Notes under the pieces: model-generated
What the model was told of the DNA's origin: nothing
Databases searched by the model: none
Seen by the model: the letters and a program-made list of their open reading frames with translations, nothing else
Translations under genes and position numbers: made by a program
Shown: piece by piece, positions 1 through 8,041 of the stretch
How positions within the stretch are numbered: the stretch's first letter is position 1
Layout: every line of letters begins with the position of its first letter
NCBI GenBank assembly: GCA_048885535.1
Contig: JBHLLO010000065.1
Coordinates: 1-17,506, forward strand
Reading direction: 5' to 3'
DNA from: Candidatus Hermodarchaeota archaeon
Lineage (GTDB): Archaea > Asgardarchaeota > Lokiarchaeia > Sigyniarchaeales > SOKP01
Length of the DNA stretch: 17,506 nucleotides

Positions 1-574
1 TTATATCAATATCAAATGAACAAAATGATTGAGTTGCATTTATTATATTAAGTAAATTAGTTTCTTTGCAGAAAATCCCTAATTTCTCAAGATTTTGCCT
101 AAAACCGGTAAGGGACTGAACATGGCTATGTATTATGTATTTTGTTTTATCCGAGATATATTGTTTGAAGTGATCAATTAAATATCGGTGATTTAGATCT
201 TCAATCCTTTTATTTGGAAACTTTAGCCGCTTAAAAATATGAATAGAAGCAGGAAATTCAATTGATGGATAGAGAAATTCACCCTTTTCTAAAAATCTAG
301 CTATAATATTCATTCCAGAAGAAGTATTTGTCATGAATGCCACTTCCTCTTGTTTGCAATTAATGTACTCTGCAATATTCGCTCTAGTTTTTTCAATTTC
401 CTCACAAAAATTATCATAATGAATATCTCCATAATTTAGCATATCCTCAAAATAAGAAATGCCTTTTCTATATGCCTCCATACATAAAAGAGAGGCAGAA
501 CCAGCCATAATATAAGTTAGTTTTTTCAAAGCGGGAAATTGTTCACTTCTTATTTGTTCCCAATTTACACTCAT
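1..574 (-). CDS. Aminotransferase class V-fold PLP-dependent enzyme (cysteine desulfurase/SufS-like superfamily), 3' end runs off the window
   Basis: Not in the ORF track. Hand translation from ATG at 574 gives 191 open codons: MSVNWEQIRSEQFPALKKLTYIMAGSAS...EKTRANIAEYINCKQEEVAFMTNTSSGMN...IEFPAS...SHVQSLTGFRQNLEKLG...IINATQSF. These match the class V motifs R..FP, R..IA..IN....EVAF..NTS.G, EFP, SHV...TG and (D)A.QS. Confidence 0.85.
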   Translation of the reverse strand, partial: MSVNWEQIRSEQFPALKKLTYIMAGSASLLCMEAYRKGISYFEDMLNYGDIHYDNFCEEIEKTRANIAEYINCKQEEVAFMTNTSSGMNIIARFLEKGEFLYPSIEFPASIHIFKRLKFPNKRIEDLNHRYLIDHFKQYISDKTKYIIHSHVQSLTGFRQNLEKLGIFCKETNLLNIINATQSFCSFDIDI

Positions 575-741
575 ATTTTTTCTTAATTCTTTTTCATTTA
601 AATTTCATTTTGATTTAGAAAGTTTCTCATTTTAATAAAATGCCATTCAAATTTTATGATTTATAATCAAAAGCTATTTTTTCTGATTTGATCTATTTTT
701 CTTTATAATAATCTCAAAAAATTGTGTTTTGATGAGTTAAC

Positions 742-1587
742 ATGAAATTTGAAGAATTTATAAGATGTTTAAATTGTGGCAAAAAATTGGGAGTTAAATC
801 TGCTAAAATTCATAGTGAATGTACAGAATGCATATTAAAATTAGATTTCAAGGCAGAAGATTTAAATCATAAAGAAATAGATGAAAATTTACAGAAAATC
901 TTAGATTTCTTTATCTCCGATGTGAATGCCGCTTTTAATAAAGATCCTGCTGCAAACACATTAATAGAGGTATTGACAAGTTATCCTGGAATTAAAGCTG
1001 TTTTATTATACCGAATTGCCCATTTTTTTTGGAAATTGGGTATGCCATTCATTCCTAGGTATATATCTGACATAGCAAGGGAATTAACAGCCATAGAGAT
1101 TCATCCAGGAGCGGAAATTGGAAGTGATTTCTTTATAGACCATGGAGCAGGTGTTGTCATTGGAGAAACTTCCATAATTGGCAATAATGTTACGCTTTAC
1201 GCAGGGGTAGTATTAGGAGGAACAAACTTAGAGAAAACCAAAAGGCATCCCACTATTGGAAATAATGTAGTTGTAGGCTCAGGAGCTAAAATATTAGGAC
1301 CTATAACTATTGGAGATAATGTTAGAGTAGGAGCAAATTCAGTTGTAGTAGAAAATGTCCCCGAAAATTGTGTGGTTGTAGGAGTACCTGGTAAAATTCT
1401 GTCTAAAAAAGGAGAAAAAATCGAAAAGATTGATTTAAGGCACGGTGATCTACCAGATCCTATTTCAATAGCACTTTCTAGTTTAGAAGGAAGAATTAAA
1501 AAATTAGAAACTAAGCTTTCGTTAAACTCAAATAAGAAACATGAAGATATTGAAATTTTTTATGGAAATTATGGTGGAGGAATCTAA
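742..1587 (+). CDS. cysE: Serine O-acetyltransferase with an N-terminal CxxC-x14-CxxC extension
   Basis: DPAA...EV..SYPG, IEIHPGAEIG..FFIDHG.GVVIGET, KRHPTIG, left-handed beta-helix hexapeptide repeats, VVGVPG, LPDP followed by a coiled tail, C-terminal GGGI. Confidence 0.95.
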   Translation: MKFEEFIRCLNCGKKLGVKSAKIHSECTECILKLDFKAEDLNHKEIDENLQKILDFFISDVNAAFNKDPAANTLIEVLTSYPGIKAVLLYRIAHFFWKLGMPFIPRYISDIARELTAIEIHPGAEIGSDFFIDHGAGVVIGETSIIGNNVTLYAGVVLGGTNLEKTKRHPTIGNNVVVGSGAKILGPITIGDNVRVGANSVVVENVPENCVVVGVPGKILSKKGEKIEKIDLRHGDLPDPISIALSSLEGRIKKLETKLSLNSNKKHEDIEIFYGNYGGGI

Positions 1588-1611
1588 TATATACAAAATA
1601 GAAATAAAAAG

Positions 1612-2553
1612 GTGTCCAAAATAGGATTATATCAAAATATTATAGAAACCATTGGAAATACTCCATTGGTTAAATTAAACAGAATAGTCGAAGAGATTAC
1701 CCCCAGACCAAATATATATGCAAAATTAGAATTCTTTAATCCTGGAGGAAGCGTGAAAGATAGAATTGGAATGGCTATGATTGAAACTGCAGAGGAAAAT
1801 GGATTAATTGATGAGGATATTATAATTGTTGAGCCCACATCTGGAAATACAGGAATAGGATTAGCTTTAATTTGTGCTGCTAAAGGATATAGACTGATTT
1901 TAACTATGCCGGAAAGTGTTTCGATAGAACGAAGGAAAATTTTAAGAGCTTATGGAGCCGAGGTAGTCTTAACACCTAAAGAGGGGGGAATGAGAGGAGC
2001 CATTTTAAAGGCTGAAGAACTTGCAAAGGAAAAAAACAATGTTTTTATTCCTCAGCAATTTAAAAATTTAGCAAATCCAGAAATTCATAGGAAAACAACA
2101 GCTAAAGAAATTTTTAATGATTTAGATGGGCGAATTGATGCTTTTGTTGCTGGAGTGGGTACTGGAGGTACGATTACGGGCGTAGGTGAAATTCTTAAAA
2201 AAACTGTAGGTGCGCGCCTTAAAGTTTATGCTGTAGAGCCTATAGATTCTCCTGTTTTATCTGGAGGGAATCCAGGACAACATAAAATTCAAGGAATTGG
2301 AGCGGGTTTCGTTCCAGAAGTATTAAATACAGAAATTTACGATAGAGTTATTCAAGTTAAATACGAAGATGCAATAATCACTGCACGGAAGTTAGCCAAG
2401 TTGGAAGGAATATTTGCTGGTATTAGCTCTGGGGCAATCGCATGGGCAGCAATTTATGACGTATCTAAAGAATTCAATGAAGGGGAAAATGTAGTATTTA
2501 TAGTATGCGACACTGGCGAACGTTATCTGTCAACTGAATTATATGATATTTAA
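1612..2553 (+). CDS. cysK: Cysteine synthase A (O-acetylserine sulfhydrylase), GTG start
   Basis: IGNTPLV, KLEFFNPGGSVKDRI (PLP lysine), EPTSGNTG, QQF.N.AN, GVGTGGT, HKIQGIGAGF (CysK-type loop), DTGERYLST; 24 nt downstream of cysE. Confidence 0.95.
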   Translation: MSKIGLYQNIIETIGNTPLVKLNRIVEEITPRPNIYAKLEFFNPGGSVKDRIGMAMIETAEENGLIDEDIIIVEPTSGNTGIGLALICAAKGYRLILTMPESVSIERRKILRAYGAEVVLTPKEGGMRGAILKAEELAKEKNNVFIPQQFKNLANPEIHRKTTAKEIFNDLDGRIDAFVAGVGTGGTITGVGEILKKTVGARLKVYAVEPIDSPVLSGGNPGQHKIQGIGAGFVPEVLNTEIYDRVIQVKYEDAIITARKLAKLEGIFAGISSGAIAWAAIYDVSKEFNEGENVVFIVCDTGERYLSTELYDI

Positions 2554-2581
2554 TTCACACTTCAAGCAAAAATTAAACACT

Positions 2582-3481
2582 TTAAGAGCTTAAAGAAACG
2601 ACGCTCGTTGTTAGGATATCAGAAATTTTTTTCCAGATATCTTTAAAATTAATTCCCTTTTTAGTATTTATGTCGTTTGAAACCTGATTAAATAATTCTT
2701 TTATTCTTAAAGAATGAAAATAACTAATATTTGGTGCTATCACGGCTATCATATATTGTTTTTGACCAAATCTTTCTTTCTTATCAGGATAAGAGTTAAA
2801 GTAAGCATAACCGGACATTTTTATATTGTCAAGGTTTAGCAATATCCCTTCTGCATTAGTTATTTTGCCATGCCCATATATAAATAAGGTAGCTTGAAAA
2901 AGTTGAGTTCCAATATTTTCGAAAGAAAAAGGCAAATCAGTTTTCATTGGATAATGATCTTTTAATTTTGGACCATATTTATCATCCCAAAACATTAAAA
3001 TTAGAGAAATCTTTTCTTGATCGTCTAAAGAAATTGAAGGCTTGACATTAATATCAAGAGAGGTTAAAATGCTATTCATTCTTTCTCTTATGCTTAACCT
3101 TTTCTTGTTCCTAGAAATTTTACCAGAAATAATAGCGAGTAGATCCTTTTCGTTAAAAGGTTTAGTTAAATAATCATCTACACCTAAAGTCTTACCAAAA
3201 CGGATATCTTCAGGAGATGATTTAGCAGTAAGAAAAATAAAAGGAATCTGGTTCAATTTTATGTCTCTAGAAATTTCAGTAAAAAATTCGTATCCATTTA
3301 CATCAGGCATCATTATATCGCTTATAATAACCTCAGGAAGTTCATTTGATTTGGAAATAAGATTAAGGGCTTCTCTTCCATTTTTTGCTGTAATAACTCG
3401 ATATTTATTAGCCTCTAAATTCAATTTAATAGCATATAGAAGATCCACATTATCCTCTACAATCATAATTAGAGGTTTCAT
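2582..3481 (-). CDS. Response regulator: receiver domain plus C-terminal longin/uDENN-like output domain
   Basis: The receiver motifs IVED, SDIMMP (D55), FLTAK and DYLTKPF are intact. Residues ~157-299 contain FWDDKYGP and D..ERFGQKQYMIAVI with a beta-beta-alpha-beta-beta-beta-alpha-alpha hydrophobicity pattern. The receiver call is firm; the fold of the output domain is inferred. Confidence 0.85.
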   Translation of the reverse strand: MKPLIMIVEDNVDLLYAIKLNLEANKYRVITAKNGREALNLISKSNELPEVIISDIMMPDVNGYEFFTEISRDIKLNQIPFIFLTAKSSPEDIRFGKTLGVDDYLTKPFNEKDLLAIISGKISRNKKRLSIRERMNSILTSLDINVKPSISLDDQEKISLILMFWDDKYGPKLKDHYPMKTDLPFSFENIGTQLFQATLFIYGHGKITNAEGILLNLDNIKMSGYAYFNSYPDKKERFGQKQYMIAVIAPNISYFHSLRIKELFNQVSNDINTKKGINFKDIWKKISDILTTSVVSLSS

Positions 3482-3554
3482 AATTAAGCCCTTTATTAAA
3501 ATGGATAACTTAATTTTTATATTTATTGAATAATTATTTAAGACTTTTCAATTT

Positions 3555-6203
3555 TTAATTTGAAATCCTCGGAAAAAAAATTGAAAAAATAGTTCCAGTT
3601 CCATATTCACTCTCTACATATACTTTTCCTCCATGAAGTAGGATTAATTCTTTCGCTATAGTTAATCCAAGCCCTGTTCCTGGGATGTCTTTTACTGCAG
3701 TAGCCCTATAAAACCGATCAAAGATAAATGGAATATCTTCTTTATGAATGCCAATTCCAGAATCTATAATTTGAAATAGTACTCCATCAACACCTTCTGA
3801 GTTATATTTCCCAAAATAATTATCAATTGCCTTAATAGTAATAGTAGATTTATTATTAGAATATTTCAAGGCATTGTCTATAAAAATTCTAAAAATTTGT
3901 TTAGCATGAGAAATATCTCCTTGTAAATTAAGGTCTTTATTTATGTCTAAATTTACTGTTATTTCCTTTGAATTAATATTTGGTTCCATTAAATCAAGAA
4001 CTTCAGAGATAACCTCAATGGGAAAATACTTTCTCAAATCTAATTTCATTTTTCTCTCTTCAATTCTGGATAAAGTCAAAAGATCATTCACTAGTTCATT
4101 AAGTAAATTGACATTTCTCATAATACCATGCATTAAGTTATTCTCTTGCTCAGCTGTAATGTTTTCTTTGTACTTATTTAAGTAATTTAATGACATTAAC
4201 AAAACTGCAATAGGGTTTCGTAATTCATGCGACACAGTAGATACAAATTGTTCTAATTTTTGCTCAGCTTTTTTATGTTCGATAAAACGACTAATAATTT
4301 CTGCAATTGCCAAAATTAAATCCTTTTCTTCTTTTGAAAAAGGTTTCTCATTAACCCCCGGAATGTTATTACTTAAATAAATTTCAATAGAACCTAATTT
4401 TTTCTCATATATTTTAATATCTGCCTTGATATTCCAATCAGTGACCAGAAAACTTTTAGAAATAAATTCTTGTTCATCATATATGATTCTTACACATGTC
4501 TTTTTTGGAAACTGAAACGCTGATGGGAGAATTTCTATAATTTCTTTAAATAGATCAGTTTCTTCTTTGTCGAATTGTGAAGCAAAACCTGAAATTTGAT
4601 ACAAACATGTTATTTCTTTTACTCGTTCTTTCAATTCACTTTCGCTTTTCGTTAGAGCTTTTTCAAATTTTTTTCGTAACGTAATATTTGATACAATTCC
4701 ATCATATCGAATAGTATTACCTGTTTCATCCTTAATAGGAACTCCTTGATCTCTTAAATAAAATATTTTACCTGTATGTTTGTGAATAACACGATATTCT
4801 AAATCATATCCTTTTTTTAAAGAAATATTTTCATGAAATTGATTCTTTATTTTATCTCGATCCTTAGGATGTATAACTTTTAACCACATATTCTCATCAT
4901 CATAATGCTCTTCTGGTGTTACACCCGTCCAGACTTTCCATAAATCTGAAATAAAAATAACAGTCCTTTTCTCATTTGAAAATGTTGAATAAATTACATT
5001 AGGTATATTCTCAACCAAGTTGCGATACTTTTTTTCGCTGTTTATAAGGGCTTCTTCTGCTTTTTTATGTTTTGTTATATCTGATATAAAAGCGATTGCA
5101 CCATCGTATTCTTGTTTTTCATTAAGAAGAGGAGCAGTTTCTAATCTAGCATAGATTCTATTACCATTTTTGTGTAAAAATTCAAACTCATGCTGTTCCT
5201 TAATGCCTTCCTCCCTCCTTTTCAAATAATACTTAGATTTTTCAATATTTTCTTTATCCATAAAAACAAAGAGATGTTTTCCAATCATTTCTTGTTCAGA
5301 GTATCCCAGAATTTCCATCATTTTTTTATTGACATATGTGGTATAAGCGTTTTTGTCAATTGCCCAAATACCTTCATGGGCACTTTCTACAAATAATCTA
5401 TACTTTTCTTCGCTTAATTTTAATTTCCGGTATAAAAGATCAATTGGATTTCTTAACCCTCTACTAATAATAGCTTTATATAATAGAAAAAATGCTATGA
5501 TTTTAAAGATATGACCGATTAAGTTCGGAATACCAACAGCGCTAGTATAGAGAGTAAATGCTAACTCAGAAACAATAGTTAATATTATAGAGGAAATTGA
5601 TAAAAAAAAGATGTTTCTATTAAAAGTTAAACGATTTTTATACATGAATAGAATTGCTATTCCCAAAATTATAACTATAACGTATTCACTAATTATTTTA
5701 AAAGGCGTTAACTGCCCTGAAGGAAAACCTTCTATATAACATACAGGAAATAGTCCAATAAAAATTAAAATTATAATTAAAGTCGTGTAAAGAGAAAATC
5801 CAATAAGATAATACTCTTCTTTGACTTTTTTCTTTAAAATTAAGGAAGCTATTAAAAAGGATATTGCTTGCAAATACCTAGCAGATATCCATAATTGAGC
5901 AGGAAGATTTGTATCATACCCCGTGAAAATATTCATTCCTGTATAGGCTAATGTGTGGATTAGATCTATGAATCCTATAAATATAAAAGAGAGTCCCACG
6001 ACTAAAAAAAATGAATTATCAAGATGCTCTCTTGAATTCCATAAAATTGCGAATATAGTGATTTTAATTACAATACTAAATAATTCAGCAAGAGTATGAA
6101 ACAGTAAATAATTATAGAAACTTGAAAGATATATGAGAATAAGGATTAAAGAAAAAAAAAAATATTCAATATGATACTTCTTGCTTTCTCGTAATTCACT
6201 CAT
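3555..6203 (-). CDS. Membrane sensor histidine kinase: MASE3-PAS-PAS-GAF-like-HisKA-HATPase
   Basis: MASE3-type N-terminus (NYLLFHTLAELFSI, DLIHTLAY.GM, QLWISARY), two PAS/PAC repeats (EKYR.LVE/FVE...DIT/NIT), an LKERVKEITCLY segment, H-box SHELRNP, N-box DNALKYS, G1 DSGIGI, F-box IFDRFYR, G2 GTGLGL. Confidence 0.93.
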   Translation of the reverse strand: MSELRESKKYHIEYFFFSLILILIYLSSFYNYLLFHTLAELFSIVIKITIFAILWNSREHLDNSFFLVVGLSFIFIGFIDLIHTLAYTGMNIFTGYDTNLPAQLWISARYLQAISFLIASLILKKKVKEEYYLIGFSLYTTLIIILIFIGLFPVCYIEGFPSGQLTPFKIISEYVIVIILGIAILFMYKNRLTFNRNIFFLSISSIILTIVSELAFTLYTSAVGIPNLIGHIFKIIAFFLLYKAIISRGLRNPIDLLYRKLKLSEEKYRLFVESAHEGIWAIDKNAYTTYVNKKMMEILGYSEQEMIGKHLFVFMDKENIEKSKYYLKRREEGIKEQHEFEFLHKNGNRIYARLETAPLLNEKQEYDGAIAFISDITKHKKAEEALINSEKKYRNLVENIPNVIYSTFSNEKRTVIFISDLWKVWTGVTPEEHYDDENMWLKVIHPKDRDKIKNQFHENISLKKGYDLEYRVIHKHTGKIFYLRDQGVPIKDETGNTIRYDGIVSNITLRKKFEKALTKSESELKERVKEITCLYQISGFASQFDKEETDLFKEIIEILPSAFQFPKKTCVRIIYDEQEFISKSFLVTDWNIKADIKIYEKKLGSIEIYLSNNIPGVNEKPFSKEEKDLILAIAEIISRFIEHKKAEQKLEQFVSTVSHELRNPIAVLLMSLNYLNKYKENITAEQENNLMHGIMRNVNLLNELVNDLLTLSRIEERKMKLDLRKYFPIEVISEVLDLMEPNINSKEITVNLDINKDLNLQGDISHAKQIFRIFIDNALKYSNNKSTITIKAIDNYFGKYNSEGVDGVLFQIIDSGIGIHKEDIPFIFDRFYRATAVKDIPGTGLGLTIAKELILLHGGKVYVESEYGTGTIFSIFFPRISN

Positions 6204-6254
6204 ATTTGAAATCGTATATTATGTATTAACTATTTTTGGTAATTAACTATTTTT

Positions 6255-6803
6255 TTAAATATTTGTTCTTTCAAAAACTGTATAAATTGTGGTTTTATAG
6301 ATTTCGTCCCAAAATTTAGGAGGAAGGATTTCTTTAATTTTTAAAATTAAATCATCTACTATCGTATCAGTAATTTCGGGTTTGACTTCCTTCAAATTAG
6401 GGTCATTTTTATGCAAAAAAAGAGAGAACTTAATTTTATTAAGATCCTTACCAATTTTATTAAAAATATTCTTTAGATACTTTACTGCCAAATGATATCT
6501 CTCAGGATCCTGTAAATCAATCACATATATTACTTTTTCAGTTCCTTTGAAGTTCTCTTTAAACTCTTGTAAATATTTTGCTCGATACTGTTCTTGACCA
6601 CCAAAATCCCAGATATTAAACTTTTCATCATTTAAAGTTAAATTTGAAGTCTCAATCCCTCTAGTTGGATTTGATGTACTTAATGACATTAAGTTTATTC
6701 CCTTTAAACTTAATACTATAGAGGTTTTTCCGCTATTATCTAAACCTACAAATGCAATTTTTTTTGTTAAATTATCTTTTAAATCCTCAATATTTTCCGC
6801 CAT
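6255..6803 (-). CDS. Small GTPase of the Arf/Rag-related Asgard type
   Basis: G1 GLDNSGKTS, G2 PTRG, G3 WDFGGQ, G4 FLHKND, G5-like KTTIY; 182 aa, G-domain only. Confidence 0.92.
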   Translation of the reverse strand: MAENIEDLKDNLTKKIAFVGLDNSGKTSIVLSLKGINLMSLSTSNPTRGIETSNLTLNDEKFNIWDFGGQEQYRAKYLQEFKENFKGTEKVIYVIDLQDPERYHLAVKYLKNIFNKIGKDLNKIKFSLFLHKNDPNLKEVKPEITDTIVDDLILKIKEILPPKFWDEIYKTTIYTVFERTNI

Positions 6804-6843
6804 TAAAATGCCCCAACTAGAGTTTAAAATTTTTATAAAATTA

Positions 6844-7191
6844 TTAAGTTAATATGTCGTAAAGCTCTTTTTTCTTTCTTTCTTGAAATTTTTTACTATT
6901 AGCATTTTCAATAAAATTTCTTATTTGAGAGAGTAGGTTAAAGATATCATTATTTTTAATGCCATAAAAATGGATATTTTTCTTATCGATTTCTTTAATT
7001 TCAGATTCTACAAGGCTAAATTCTATTAAAGTAGTTAAATGGTGAGAAATTGTTGATTGTTTCTTCCTTAATAACTTTTCGAGTTGTTTGGATGATTTTT
7101 TACCATCCTTTAAATGTTCTAATATATTTAGACGAGTTTCATCGCAAAGTATCTTTAAAAATTTAATAATTTGCGTATTAGGTTCTGCCAT
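6844..7191 (-). CDS. ArsR/SmtB-family winged-helix transcriptional regulator
   Basis: LCDETRLNILEHL...QSTISHHL..L...LV HTH signature; GAGG ribosome-binding site upstream. Confidence 0.88.
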   Translation of the reverse strand: MAEPNTQIIKFLKILCDETRLNILEHLKDGKKSSKQLEKLLRKKQSTISHHLTTLIEFSLVESEIKEIDKKNIHFYGIKNNDIFNLLSQIRNFIENANSKKFQERKKKELYDILT

Positions 7192-7290
7192 TGTAGGTCC
7201 TCATAACTCTGCTTATTAACTTAATCGTAATGGTTATTTTTAATTATTCTCATTATAACTTATTTATGTTTATAAATAAATATGTATTGA

Positions 7291-7307
7291 CCGAAATATT
7301 TAAATAT
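7291..7307 (+). promoter_or_regulatory. Probable archaeal BRE-TATA promoter for the Lrp/AsnC gene, palindromic and possibly bidirectional
   Basis: CCGAAA followed by TATTTAAATA; ATATTTAAATAT (7296-7307) is a perfect palindrome in the divergent ArsR/Lrp spacer. Confidence 0.5.
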
Positions 7308-7372
7308 GAGCATATCGACATATATCAATATATATACAAAATTTTAAATAAACATTAAAAAAGTGTCAAATT

Positions 7373-7900
7373 TTGGCTTCTGAAATATTTGAGATTGATG
7401 AGATTGACAGAAGTATTATTCAATTAATTCAAAAAGAGCCTACTCTTACCCATACTGAAATAGCAAAAAAAGTTAATCGTTCCCAGCCAACAATTGGAAT
7501 GCGAATAAGAAAATTAGAAGAAAATGGAATATTAAAATTCCAAGCAGGTATTAATGTCAAAACTACTGATTTATTTCTCGCTAGAGCGGAGATTCAGGCT
7601 CTAAATACTTCTGAAATTATTGATTTAGTTAAAAATTGTCCTTATATGCTAAATGCATTTAGATTAAGCGGTTCTTCAAATATTAGTGTTTTAATGGCAA
7701 GCCCTAGATTAGATCGGTTAGACCATATTATTAATCATCATTTTAGAAAAAATCCTAATGTTATATCCGTCTATATTGATATTATTACTGAAATTGTCGA
7801 AGATTTTGTATTAAACTTCGATTTTGATTTCGATAAATGTGGTATCACAAAAGAAGGGCTCTGCTGTGAAAAATGTAAAAATCAAGTTTGTAAAAAATAA
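7373..7900 (+). CDS. Lrp/AsnC-family transcriptional regulator with a Cys-rich C-terminal tail (TTG start)
   Basis: IDEIDRSII..IQ....EIAKKVNRSQPTIGMRIRKLEENGIL HTH, a RAM-like domain (FRLSGSSNI), and the tail C-x7-CC-x2-C-x4-C. Confidence 0.88.
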   Translation: MASEIFEIDEIDRSIIQLIQKEPTLTHTEIAKKVNRSQPTIGMRIRKLEENGILKFQAGINVKTTDLFLARAEIQALNTSEIIDLVKNCPYMLNAFRLSGSSNISVLMASPRLDRLDHIINHHFRKNPNVISVYIDIITEIVEDFVLNFDFDFDKCGITKEGLCCEKCKNQVCKK

Positions 7901-7908
7901 TTTTTTTT
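7901..7908 (+). terminator. Oligo-T archaeal terminator after the Lrp/AsnC gene
   Basis: T8 run directly after the TAA stop. Confidence 0.45.
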
Positions 7909-8027
7909 CAAATTGATTTATTGAAGAATATCTTATTTCAAAAATTTTCTCTATATTATAAAAAGAAAATTTTTAGATTAAATTGATATATTAAATAATA
8001 TAGTTTAAGATAGAGAGTCTATTAAAA

Positions 8028-8041
8028 TCAAAATATATAAA
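8028..8041 (+). promoter_or_regulatory. TATA box of the tRNA-Cys/cysS unit
   Basis: TATATAAA at 8034-8041, preceded by an A-rich BRE-like stretch and ending 25 nt before tRNA position 1. Confidence 0.6.

Noticed and set aside
1632-1838. 68-aa minus-strand ORF
   Set aside because: Antisense shadow inside cysK with no motif
3261-3533. 90-aa plus-strand ORF
   Set aside because: Antisense shadow of the response regulator
3943-5396. Two short plus-strand ORFs (3943-4185 and 5190-5396)
   Set aside because: Antisense to the histidine kinase, with shadow-like composition
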